Below are positions 13,239-25,584 of a stretch of DNA of 64,000 bases, in pieces (the first letter of the stretch is position 1; the number at the start of each line of letters is the position of its first letter). The stretch is taken from NCBI GenBank assembly GCA_951406725.2, contig OX597821.1, positions 78,306,001 to 78,370,000 of the forward strand, in the 5' to 3' direction. The DNA is from Octopus vulgaris. Its lineage: Eukaryota. Both the position numbers and the translations under genes were made by a program. The notes beneath the pieces were generated by a model that searched no databases, had not been told where the DNA came from, and saw nothing but the letters and a program-made list of their open reading frames with translations.

Positions 13239-16200
13239 AAATCCTTAAATCCTTAAAAATGTTTCAGCCCGAAGGCCGCGGCCATGCTGGGGCACCACCG
13301 CTGAATGAGCTATACTAATATGTGAATCCACCTCTGATACGTGGCACTTGATCAACAAGGGAGTCGATGCTGCTGCCTGCATCTGCGTCTCCTGTCGTGA
13401 GGTAGGTTCATCTGGGACTCCCGACAAGAAGAGATCCAGTTTAGTTTTAAAGAAACCCACATCCACACCATGTAAGTCTCTCAGGCATTTAGGGAGGATG
13501 TTAAAGAGCTGTGGTCCTCTGAAACCCAAGCTGTTGCAGTATCTGATCCTGTATTTTGATGGTGATGTTGGAATCTTTGGTACCATGCAGTGGAGCCCCG
13601 TTCTGCGGTTGGGATAACTTTGAATGCCAAAGTTTGGGACAAGACCCTCCAGGATTTTCTAGATGTATATCACCGCATATCTCTCCCGCCTCCGCTCTAG
13701 GGAGAATAGTTTTAATACTTTCAGTCTTTCCCAGTAGCTGATATTTTGCATTGAGACAATCTTCTTTGTGTAGCTTCTCTGAATTGCTTCAAGTTCTGCT
13801 GTTAGTTTTATATTGTGTGGTGACCATAATTGGGAGCAGTAGTCCAAGCGGCTGAGGACGAATGTTTTCCAGAGGACCATCAGTGTCTCCTTCTCTCTTG
13901 TTCTGAAAGTTCGGAGAATCCATCCAGCTAGCCGTCTGCATTTTATCACCAGATTAGTAATATGCACTTGGAAAGATGCATCATTGCTCATGTCAATGCC
14001 TAGGTCACGCGCTGATTTTGACTCAGGGATTGCAATTCTTCCTGGGCCAGTGTATCCAGTCTGCACGTCGTTTACCTTTGTGTGCCGGTAGCGTAGGGCC
14101 TGGAACTTACCTGCATTAAACTGCATGTTGTTGTCCTCCGCCCACCTGTATATTTTATCCAACTCCTGTTGCAGATGCGCAATATTTTCAGGGTTTTGTA
14201 TTGTGTGGGAGGCTTTTGTGTCATCTGCATAGCTAGCAAGGTTGGGCATCGTAGCAACTAAAGGCATGTCTGAAAGGGCCACTATGAACAGAAGTGGCCC
14301 CAAGACAGTGCCCTGTGGAACACCGCTTGTTATTTGTGTTTCCTTGGAGGTGGCTCCATTGCTCACAACTACCTGTCTTCTGTCTTTTAGGAAGTTGTGC
14401 AGCCACTCTCCAAGTTTTCCGCCTATGCCGAGACCACGCAGTTTGTGACAGATCATACCATGGTCGACTTTATCAAAGGCTTTTGCAAAGTCGAGATATA
14501 TTACATCCACATTTGAGCCATTTAGTAGCTGTTTTAACACCCAATCATAGTGTTGCAGGAGCTGTGTTAGGCAGCTTCTACCTGGTCGAAATCCATGCTG
14601 GGTGTCAGACAGCAAGTAATTTTCTTCAAGGAACATGATTAGTTTCTTGCGGACTATTCGTTCCATGACTTTGCTGATGTGTGAGGTCAGAGAGATAGGC
14701 CTATAATTTTTAGCATCTGCTCTGCTACCTCCCTTATGGATAGGGCACATTACCCCCTCTTTCAATTTGACTGGGAGCTTACCACTTGCAAGAAAACTCT
14801 GAAAAAGAAGCTGTAGCGGTTTTGCAAGGGCTCGTTTGCACGATTTGAGAAGGATCGCTGGAAATCCATCAGGTCCAGCAGCTGAATTTGTGTCAATCTC
14901 ATCTATGGCTAGTGTGATATCATCATCTTCAATGTTGATGTACTCAATTTTTGCCTCTTTGGCCGCAGGTAAAGTGGCAAAGAATTCTTCTGGGTTGTTT
15001 ACTTGCTTGTGTCCCAGAGGTGTAGTGAACACACTTTGGAATTGTTCGTTCAGTATTTCACTTATCCTCGTGAGATTTCCTGTGAGAGAGCCATCTTTTT
15101 GGAAGAGAGGTCCTATTCTCTGGTGCACTGTGGCTGTCTCTTTGGTAAACTTAAAAAAAGCTTTAGGGTTTGATTTCATATTTTCTATTACCCAAGCTTC
15201 TTTATCTGCTCTCTCCTTTTCATTGGATTGATGCAGACTTTTCTCAATTTCCATTAGCATTCTCTCGAGCCGAGACTTCTCACCACTTTTGGTGTGCTTG
15301 CTCAGGCGGTTCGCAATCCTTGTCCGTCGTCTCATAAGAATCCTCCTTTCTCTAGGGATCCTGTTTTTGTTTTTTGTGTGTGCTGGCCCTGTACACTGGG
15401 ACATATTTGTCACATATGGCTTGTATTATGGACATGAAGTGTTTGTGTTTCATGTTAATGTCCGGTGTGGAGAGACATTTAGGCCAATCCTGTTTGAGGA
15501 TCTCTTTCTCAATCAACTTCCAGTTTGCTTTATGAAAGTTTAAGTTGGAGAGATGGTGGATGCTTCGTATAGGCTGTGTCTACGGGGGCTTTTGGTCCAT
15601 ACATAGATAGCTCTATTATGTTGTGTTCCGAGATCATTGTCGGCATCACTTTAACATTATGGATAATATCCATATTGTTTGTGAAGCAGAGATCCAGTAT
15701 ACTATCTGCCCTTGTTGGTTGCAGAACTATTTGCTCTTGAAAGAGGCATTTGTGAGATGGAGCAGGGACTCTACCCGTGCCTGCTGATGGTGTGTCATCC
15801 CTGAGAGCATCTGCCCCCTAGGTCATTCCACATTGGGGAAGTTAAAGTCACCCATGAAGAATACACTGTTGTGTTGTTCAAGGTTGGTGAGGACTTCTAT
15901 TTTTGTTAGGCAGTCTTCAAACATGCCTGGGTGATTTGGGGCATCTGGTGGGCGATATGTAGTGCATATGACGATATTCAGTTGTCTTATGTGTACAATT
16001 TGAGTGTCACACACTGAGTTTGAATATGACAACAGGACCTGGGGCATGAGGTCATCTCGGATGTACATTGCAACTCCACCATGGCTCCTCCTTTTTCTAT
16101 CTGAGCGTATGACTGCATATTGCGGTATGTGTATTTCTGCATCCCCTATATCGGGTCCAAGATGCGTTTCTGTGAGTGCCATGCATATAGCTTGTTTGCA

Positions 16201-16640
16201 TGTCACAAGGTCTCTCAGGAATGATATTTTCCTTTTACAGTTGCCGCGTAGCAGCCCTCCTACGTTCAGTAGAAATATTTTTGTGGTCTGTGGGTTGGTG
16301 TTGGTGTCTGTGGTGGCCATCCTGCATCTGTTGGTGGTGGCCTTATGTGGTGGTAGTTCCAGCTTTGTGCTTGTAGCCATGTCAGCTGCTGAACAATTTT
16401 TTGTGCCATGCACAAAAAAGATTGCTGCTCAGCTGCTGACCTTCTCTAATCTGGGTGAAGCTGGCCATTTGTTGGGTTACCGCGCACCACATCCGCATAT
16501 TGTCTTTCAGTGGTCCGTGCGCTATTTTTCCTTTTTTTATATTCACACAGCTGCATGCAAATATTTTCACGTATAGATCCAAAGAAAGTCAATTTTTAAA
16601 GCTTCTCACGACAGCCAACGTGTATATTATAGGAATAGTC
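13239..16640 (-). mobile_element. Near-full-length CR1/Jockey-group LINE (APE endonuclease + RT), frameshifted
   Basis: ORF 15823-16413 has APE motifs (LNVGGL, LTETHL, GGVAMY, YRPP, MGDFNF); ORF 13659-15413 has RT motifs (AGPDG, NYRPISLTS, QHGFR, YLDFAKAFD, GVPQGTVLGP, YADD); 3' stem-loop and short (TTTAAGGA)2 tail at ~13239-13300. Confidence 0.95.
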
Positions 16641-16929
16641 AAGTAGTAAATGCTTTTCCGGTCAAGAGTAAAAATAATTAAATTATTTTATTTAAATTAT
16701 TTATTAATTCATAAAAGAATATAAGGGTAAAAATCACGTAAATGATTTTTATCAAGTAGTCATCATGCTATAAAAATTTATATATATATATATATATATG
16801 TTATTTTCACATAAAGTTAAAGCTTCTGGTGATCACCCCGCAATGATTAGGGAAAGTAGTTTAACAAAGGGCATATAAGCCCTATATATATATATATATA
16901 TATTTATATGCATGTATACATCTTTTCAT

Positions 16930-17190
16930 ATTTCACATTTTCAGTCATTAGACTGCGGCCATGCTGGTGTACTACTTTGAAGAAATTCAGTCAGGTGGAT
17001 CGACCCTAGTTCTCATTTTGTCAAGTCGTGTAGTTATCCTATCGGTCCCTTTTGCCAACCATTGTGTTACGAGGGTGTAAACACACGAACACCGGTTGTC
17101 AAGTGGTAGTGAGGGTACAAACAAGAGAAACAGACAGACACACACGCAGACGCACACACACATACACTTTCACACACATATATATGTATA
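16930..17190 (-). mobile_element. Family-2 SINE, 3' half
   Basis: ttcagtcattagactgcggccatgctgg tail and diverged body. Confidence 0.7.
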
Positions 17191-17229
17191 GATGTATATT
17201 AGAAGAAGGATTGAAAGATATTCGTTATT

Positions 17230-18220
17230 TCAAATCACTACAAACGTTTCCCCTCATCGTTCATTGGTAAAATGATATAAGTGTATATCGTTTAGTAACT
17301 ATCATCTGTCAAAAGCATACGCTGTAATCATCAGGTGATTATTCTAAATAAGTTCTTCACTAGGTCATACAGTCGTTTCCTTCATACACAGAAGCCCCAA
17401 TAAATCTACCATTGGAGTTTCTGAACTACCCCTGATGCATCTTTAAAGAAGTCTACATTAATTCTTTTGGATTTAAACAGGACATACGGGCCAAATATTC
17501 TACTAGTTTTCTGTTCAAATGCACCAGATCCACTCTCTTCACACTTGATTAACTTCATTTTAAAAATAAACGCTGTCCCAGATAAACAGCTGCGAGAGTA
17601 ATATGTCCTTTTCATCATGAATCAACTTGAATCAAGTCAAGTATACCATAAATCATGGCAGAAATTATAGAAATGTTATTATTTATACAGAAGGTGGGAT
17701 GTGTAAAGATTGCCATTTGGTGTTCGCAACGTAATGAACCATACACAAGTTGATTTATGATGACTGAGCAATAGGACAATAAAATATGATTGAATGAACA
17801 AACTTGAGGCCATTTTCGGTGGTAAATCTTGGTATATTGTGACAGAAGTGCTTCTCTGTGAAGAGTATTCATACAGAACTGATCACCATCGCTTACTTCA
17901 GTGCAGACCGGCGCCGTAGCGTTATCACAAAACTGCAGTTCGAAGATGAGTTGTTTTAAAAGTGTAAATATCTTATACCGGTGTGTAAAGGTTGTAAAAG
18001 TTCTTTTAATTTGGCTCAGTTGCGAAACAAAGTTCTTGGCATTAATTTTATGTGTTCTAGTTGATGTAGAAAAAAAGGGAAATATTTGAGAAAGAGGAAT
18101 CTTTTTCATAGACACAAAAATATTTATTTAACTAAAGAATAATTGGGTCACGGAGGAGCACAACAAAAAGGTACAGCAATAAAGAAACGATAAAATCGAG
18201 TCAGTCTTCGAATATTTCAT
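17230..18220 (-). pseudogene. Intronless, multiply frameshifted DIPK2A/DIA1 (C3orf58)-like secretory kinase pseudogene
   Basis: Allowing frameshifts, motifs appear in order: N-terminal hydrophobic stretch; CDN(C)YGAG(L)CTEVSDG (~CPACFGTSWC...G); LIKC (~VRCP); CLNPKELM (~FNPEPLVL); W*IYWGFC (~WPFAKYLGAC); RLYDLV (~ELWSY); LTDDSY..IY (~LTNNDFEFALY). Confidence 0.45.
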
Positions 18221-18943
18221 TGAGAAAGAAAATACGAGAACCGGTCTTTATGCGCAACCAAATATTCCAGAAAGTTTAATGTGCAAATAACGAAAGTGTG
18301 TGTGTGAGAAATATCTTCAATTTCCAATTTGAACAGCGATAAATACTGCTGATAGTTACTGGTCTCTTTCCTGTTGTAGCAGTTGTCTCACAATACGTGC
18401 TTCATATAGTTTTAATACAAATTTGAAACAACGTCCATCATCCTTGCGTAGGAAGTATAGCCTGTCCTAGTCTCCATTGACAATGAATTTACAAGTTCGA
18501 ACATGTAGCTCGTTGAGTTGTTCTTGTAACGACGAGTTCAGAACGCTAAACGTACGTATGACAACATACACCCCTGAGGCATTGTGGCCAATATGCTTGT
18601 TGTAATCTGAGAGATTTGATGATCATATTCACTTAATTCCCTTGACATATTCATTTCTACTCGTCTCTTTATCTATAGATCCATCATATCTGATATTCTC
18701 ATGTACGAATGTGAGTGAGTATGTATGTGTGTGTATTAGTGTATGTTCGAGCGTATGTAAGATTATACGAATTTCTGCCAAAGTGCAGATACTAATTGAA
18801 GAGAACTGAGATGACGAGGCAGTGAAGTGGAACATCTGAAAAAAAGGGAAGGAAAATTATTTAACCTCAATACATATATACATACTTACACACACATACT
18901 AATGATAGATATGCATATACACACATCGCATACATATACCTTC

Positions 18944-18985
<42 letters not shown>

Positions 18986-18996
18986 ATACATATACT

Positions 18997-19043
<47 letters not shown>

Positions 19044-19155
19044 TCATATATTGAGTGATAAACATCAACATGTACGTACATATACATACGTATATATGTG
19101 TCTGCATGTATATGCATACATATATATATATGTATATATGTATACCTACATATCA

Positions 19156-19203
<48 letters not shown>

Positions 19204-20298
19204 GTCCAGTAACCATATACACACGTACATGCTATGCATACATACACAGATATATACACATGTATATACATTCTGTAAATTTATACACACACATACACAA
19301 AAACACGTACACACACAAACAACCATACTCTCTCCCACCCCCACACGTATATATAGAGAGATATAGATAGATGAAATTAAGACACGTTCAAATATGTTTG
19401 AGGGATATTTGGATCTCTAACAGACTTTTCATTACGGTTTGACATCATGGAAGTAAGAAAATAGGTAAAATTCCCTTTACGGGTTTCAATACCTCTCAGA
19501 GCTCTTTGAATTACTCTTAATTTTGCTCCCATAATCATTCACTGCTTCGTGACTGACTGTGGAAGCAACTGAGGGGTGGGGTGGGGCATCTCATGCTGAG
19601 ATCCCTCAATACAGAAATATCCAAACATTACTCATAAATTGTGACATTATAGAAGCTCATCTTCCTTCACAATTTTTTTTGTCAAAATCGGTGGCATATC
19701 ACATCATTAAACATTTGTAAAAAAGATCACGTTGTCATGTTATTATTTGGATTAAAATTTACTCTTCACTACACACACACACTCACACACACACACACAC
19801 ATACACATACACACACATACACACGCTCGCGCGCACACACTCACACATGTGTTTAACCGTCGTGAATCCAGGATTTTCTACGCCTGAAGGATGTCAGTAT
19901 TAGTCCAGAACCTGCCTGTGTTGATAGCCCAGAACTCGGGTTGAGTGCTTCTTCGGAAATTCACTACCGCAACAAGGCTATAAACTTACACACACACACA
20001 TATATATTTGAAAGGAATGAGTTGAAATGGTTTTTATGAGGGGATAACATTATTAAGATTAAAATAAAAAATTATCCCCTCAAAAAAAGCTACCACTACC
20101 CATTCTTTCAAATACATATAATATTGTGCCAAGAACTATCTATATTATTATATCTATATATATATATATATATACAACAAACATTTCTAATGCCAAATAT
20201 GCCGAACAATTGGACATATTGTCTATTACCATATAACTTTTAACAATACGCACGCTACTCGAAAAAAAGCCGACAGAAATTTCTAAATAATTCCATTA

Positions 20299-20358
20299 TT
20301 ACCATATCGGACCGATTTCAGGGTTAGTTCGTAAGAACCCCCACTTCGTCAGTGATAA
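20299..20358 (-). ncRNA. Type I hammerhead ribozyme motif with near-palindromic stem III
   Basis: - strand: TTATCA-CTGACGA-AG..GTTC ttac GAAC..CT-GAAA-TCG gtc CGA-TA-TGGTAA; stem I 6 bp (one G-U), canonical core, AUA triplet. Confidence 0.7.
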
Positions 20359-20900
20359 CTGTGGTAAAAAAATTAATGAGATACTTACTCATACCCATGG
20401 AAGAAGCAAGATACTAAGTCATGGGCACAATTAAATACCCCAAGTACATCCAAAATAGAAATACTCCAGCCCATTCAAGGCACGTGCGATTTGAACTGAG
20501 GATCTCACGGAGTGAGAGAATCCGGAAGTGAACACTTAAATTTATATTTAATGTAGGATAACAGTTTTTCAAAACAAAAATTTTATCAATGGCCAGCATA
20601 TTAAAAAATACCTTTAAAGATTAAAATTTATAAACAACTTATAAATAAGGGCAAACGAAAAAATTTCTAATGCCAATTATGCCGAAAATGGCTGATATCT
20701 AAGACCTTCGAAGTTTGATAAAGGTAAGACGAGAAAACCGGTACTCCCAGTTTATTATATAATGTTGTAATATAATTCTTTGTTTCATTACGATCTTAAT
20801 ATTAGCATAAATTTTATTATACAAACCTCCTCTGCGTTTTTACATATTTTTCTTTCCTAAATATCTACATCTACGTATAAACAAGATCTGACACCTTTTT

Positions 20901-20942
<42 letters not shown>

Positions 20943-20943
<1 letters not shown>

Positions 20944-21327
20944 CTTTACTGCCCACAAGGGGCAAAACATAGAGGGACAAGGGCAGACAAAGTCGATTAC
21001 ATCGACTCCAGTGCGAAACTGGTACTTTATTTATTGACCCCGAAAGGATGAAAGGCAAAGTCGACCTCGGCCGAATTTGAACTCAGAACGTAACGGCAGA
21101 CGAAACACCTATTTCTTTCCCACCCACAAGGGGCTAAACATAGAGAGGACAAACAGATTAAGTCGATTATATCGACCTCAGTACGTAACTGGTACTTATC
21201 TAATCGACCCTGAAAGGATGAAAGGCAAAGTCGACCTCGGCGGAATTTGGACTCAGAACGCAATGGCAGGCGAAATAGGGCTACGCATTTCGCCCGGCGT
21301 GCTAACGTTTCTGCCAGCTCGCCGCCC
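20943..21327 (-). mobile_element. Family-1 SINE dimer
   Basis: Two core units plus tRNA-like head. Confidence 0.85.
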
Positions 21328-21510
21328 TATATACATTCATATATGATAGAATGTTGAAAATAAAGATTTAAAATGCGTTAACGTTTTGTACTGATAGAGC
21401 ACTGTCGGAGTAGATCCTCCGATGACGGAACATATTACTGACATATAGGATAGCCGTTGCTTGCATCTTCCCTTTCTGAAGGGAAGATGCAAGTAACAAC
21501 TATCCTATAT

Positions 21511-21925
21511 AGCAATATATGGATGCGAGACCTGGACACTAAAGAAAGCTGACCAGAAGAGAATTAATGCATTCGAGCTTTGGTGTTGGAGAAGATTTTT
21601 ATGGATTCCATGGACAGCGAGGCTCACCAATGGAGAAGTTCTTAAGCAGATCATGCCAAACTGTCGCTAGAAGCTAGGATCACCAAGCATAGATTGGCAT
21701 ATTTCGGTCATATTATGCGGAGAAAATCCCTGGAGAAGGACATCATGCTCGGAATGGTCAGTGGCAAGAGAAGAAGAGGCCGACCAAGAACCCGCTGGCT
21801 TGACACCATCAAGAGTGATACCGAAATGGACATAGCCAGTCTAAAAGAAGCGGCCCAGGAGAGAACTGACTGGAGGACACTGATCCAACGAGTAACCGAG
21901 AGTCGACTTCGGCTGAGCGGATAGA
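21511..21925 (+). mobile_element. RTE (BovB-like) LINE 3' fragment
   Basis: YGCETWTLKKADQKRINAFELWCWRR...YFGHIMRRKSLEKDIMLGMVSGKRRRGRPRTRWLD. Confidence 0.92.
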
Positions 21926-22584
21926 TAGATAGTTGCTTGCATTGTACAGGTTGGATCATCTGCCTACCTGTTCTTAAAACAGGTGTTAGACTTTGCTTCC
22001 CTTCCTATTATGATCTATACTCAGGTAACACCCCAGATATTATGTTGAAATAAATAAATGCCATAATATAACCTGATAACAGGTTTTTGCTTGTTCATAC
22101 TTACTCTTATCCTTTAAGGTATATGTTGAGTATGTTGTAAGTTTTGGAGCTCAAATGATTTGAATTTACACTCTGAAATATTTACCCACGCCCAAGACCC
22201 AGGGGTAAAAAATGGTTATGAAAAGAATCCAGGTGAGGAGATATGGAGATAATGATGCGAATATGCAAATAAGACTGCTTGGTTTAGATAAACAAAATAT
22301 ACATACATGTATACATGGAAATATAGAATAAGCAAAGTCTGAACATTTTCAGGCCATGAATATTCAAATATAAATATAGATATTTATATATTAAGAGAGC
22401 AAATTTACGCTGAGTACAAAGATATAGAAAATTAAAGGGGAGAAGATATCGTATATCTCTACTTGAATATGTATTGTCAGAAAATTTTCAGCCTTTGCTG
22501 TATCTCTATTTACATATATATACATGCATGTACATTTTGTATATGTAACCGAAACAGTTTTATTTGTTTATTCGCCTCGTTATT

Positions 22585-22885
22585 CTGTAGAGAAGTGAAA
22601 CTGTGCACAGTTGTGGAAATTAGCTGCCCAGAGTATGTTAACTTAAGGCTGAAGATCAGTGAAAAAGAGAACACCTACCCTGAACTCTATCCAGATTACA
22701 AGTTCAGGTTTATACCTGTAATTGTTGAGGCCTTGGGATATGTAACACACTGCCTAAACACCAATCTTCAGAAATTAGGCTTCACATAACCAAAAAAGAG
22801 AAAATTAATTCGAAGGCTACAGATCCAATCCATTACCGGAATTGTAAAAATCTGTAAATCTTTCTAGAAGTTTATCATTTGAATA
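22585..22885 (+). mobile_element. 3' fragment of an RLE-type (R4/NeSL-like) LINE; same family as 62690-64000
   Basis: KLCTVVEISCP...YPDYKFRFIPVIVEALG; nucleotide similarity to the reverse complement of ~62690-63015. Confidence 0.8.
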
Positions 22886-22972
22886 TATATGAGCATGTCT
22901 AGACATACATTTATATGCATGAGAATACATACATAAAGCAAAACATACAGATCAGTACATATACATACATAC

Positions 22973-23071
<99 letters not shown>

Positions 23072-24084
23072 CATATATTTACATACAATTAGTTGCACTC
23101 AAAGCAAGGATATACATTATATTTACTTTTGTTCTTTGTTTTATACTTAATTTCGTAATTCCCATTCTTGTTTTGGGCTTCCATCCATCCAAATTCGCCA
23201 GTAATTCCCCAATCAATGCGAAAATATGGCATGCTGAAACTAATATAGTTCATAAACTTAGTAAATTTAATCATAAAGAAAACGTTTAAGACTATATTTA
23301 CGACAAACATTTCTGATTAATTAAATCACTGTTCACCTTTTTATGTTTGAGATTAGTGAGTGTTTCATACCCAGTTTGTTATCCATGACACAAAATGTAA
23401 AAATGACATATAAAGTCTTCAACCCCCTAGACCCCATTGGATTCCGAGGCAGTTGGCCTCTGATGTCACCAAATAGGTAAGCAAGCGATCTTCTTTGCTT
23501 TTTACCTGTCGGTAAACATGGTAAGTTCAAGTGTGGGAAGGCTAAATGCTTGTGGTCTTCGTCACCTTGGAAGAAGAGTCGACTACTCAGAGACGTCAGG
23601 TTTCGATATGAAAGTCGTCAGGGCCACCAGGATCTCCGTTACTAGCGCCTTAGCAATAACTTTTGGTGATTTTGAGATCTTCATATCTCTTACATTATCT
23701 GTAATAGATGAGAGGGTGGCGATACTATTCCTGAAAAATAGGGACTCGAGGTACAAACGATTTTTATTGACCCAGACAGTAAATCTGTTCTTCTGGGTTT
23801 GAACAGTTGTGAACATGGTGCTTTTAGACTAGTCGCTGGGGCAGAGAATCCAAATTTCTTGAGGCGTGTCGTGGTAATTCTAGGGATGTTCAGCTCTTTG
23901 GTGTTTGTTAGCGATTTGGACCCATGTTCGATGCATCTCTGATTCCTGGGGGGTTCGATGATAGATACTCCAGGAGCCTTCATAGTCATTCCGAGTCGGG
24001 TCATAGAGCTTGCATCTAGATACAGGATAGTGTAGGCCAGTGGATAAGGAAAGCATACGTTGTACACAGCAGTAAAGTAATTTT

Positions 24085-24397
24085 TATTTATTTATGCGCC
24101 CTTTTCAAGCCTAGCGAGGCTCATGGGCCCAGTTTCCCGGTTTCTGTGGCGTATGTGTTCCCCCCAGCTGGACGCGACGCCAGTCCATCGCAGCGTTACC
24201 CAAGAAACAGAACGAAAGACTGAGAGAAAGGTGAGGCAAAAGAGTACAACAGGGGCCGCCAACACCTCTTGCCGTGGTCGCCACCACCTCGTGGAGGTTT
24301 AGCTATTTTCGCTCAATAAACACACGCAACGTCCGGTCTGGGAATCGAATCCACGATCTTCCGACCTCGAGTCCGCTGCCCTAACCACTGGGCCACT
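24085..24397 (-). mobile_element. tRNA-derived SINE with V-SINE-like domain (family 3)
   Basis: tggcccagtggttagggcagcgg...ttcgattccc head; gctgcgatggactggcgtc...ccagctgggg domain; related copy at 60197-60460. Confidence 0.8.
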
Positions 24398-24548
24398 CAG
24401 TAAAGTAATACCTGTTAATTACTGAACACAATAAAATCGTTTTTACCCTTCCCTTAAAATATGCGATTCTATGACTTTGCTAGGAATCATTTCTACTCTC
24501 ATGAAAACATGAAGGATGCAAACAAATATTAAGGAGAAAAATATATAC

Positions 24549-24697
24549 TTATTATTGAATGTAAATTTCATTGGAGTACCGCTTGCCATAGGATGGGAAA
24601 TGAGTTTATCTTCCCGGAACCACGATGTGGAATTTGTCCCCGTTCCATTGAAAATTAGCGAGTAAGTTTTATTAGGTCGACTCAACTGAAATTCCAC
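24549..24697 (-). CDS. PAN-domain gene A, coding exon 3
   Basis: tacag|GTG...AATAA|gtata; 149 nt, VEFQLSRPNKTYSLIFNGTGTNSTSWFREDKLISHP..., homologous to 55879-56030 with the same phases (0/2). Confidence 0.85.
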
Positions 24698-25044
24698 CTG
24701 TAAATGGAAAGTTGATAAGGGTCAATTAGGAATCTAAGAGAATGAGAGAGGAATGAATAGCAGAAAGAGAAAGAAGAGAAGGACGATATATAGGGATAGA
24801 TAAGGTGGGTGAGTAAGAGAGGGAGAGAGAAAATGGGGAAGTAAGAGTCTTAGAATAAAAGAGAAAAATGAATAGAGATGTTGAAAAAAGGAAGAAAGTG
24901 AAGGTGCGAAAATTTAGAGGGCAAAATGTAAGGAGAGAGAGAGAGAGAGAGAAAGTTTGAGTTTTAGAGTTATAAGCGACTTATAAAACAGAAAATCGGA
25001 CTTCTTAGAATTTGATTTATGATTTCAGAGTCTTTGCAAACGTT

Positions 25045-25424
25045 CCGTTGCATTTGTGACGAGTAAAAATATTTGCATCTCTAATCACGAGCAGAAATAG
25101 TGGGGAAGCATCATAGCCATGTATTGAGAGGAATTCTTTGGGGATTGGATAATTCACCTCTGGAGACATGGGTGTTTTGTTCAACATCCTTAAACAAACC
25201 TCACTCAGGGGGCTATTCGACCTAAAAGAAATCGTAACTGGAGCTGGCTTCTCCTGTAAGGTCATGTGCTGGTTATTTTAACATGAGATCACGATGTCGA
25301 GAACGTATTGTTGTAACGCATGTACCTGATTTATCATTATCAGACGGGTCGTTAAGATGGGTATACTAGGCTTCGTATATTTTACCCCAATGTCACTTTG
25401 ATGGCATGCACTGCCCTCTCACTC
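25045..25424. mobile_element. Non-coding interspersed repeat ending in (AAT)n; second copy inverted at 49496-50046
   Basis: 25045-25424 is the diverged reverse complement of ~49496-49870; both abut TAA microsatellites. Confidence 0.8.
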
Positions 25425-25554
<130 letters not shown>

Positions 25555-25584
25555 ACAACAACAACAACAACAACAATAATAATA

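Noticed and set aside
18792-18835. Possible terminal exon of gene A (strong acceptor, DVPLHCLVISVLFN*)
   Set aside because: No counterpart found after gene B and the frame cannot be linked to exon 3.
20389-20535. Candidate exon 4 of gene A
   Set aside because: Needs a frameshift, has a weak acceptor, and is better explained as part of the Penelope-like remnant next to the hammerhead.
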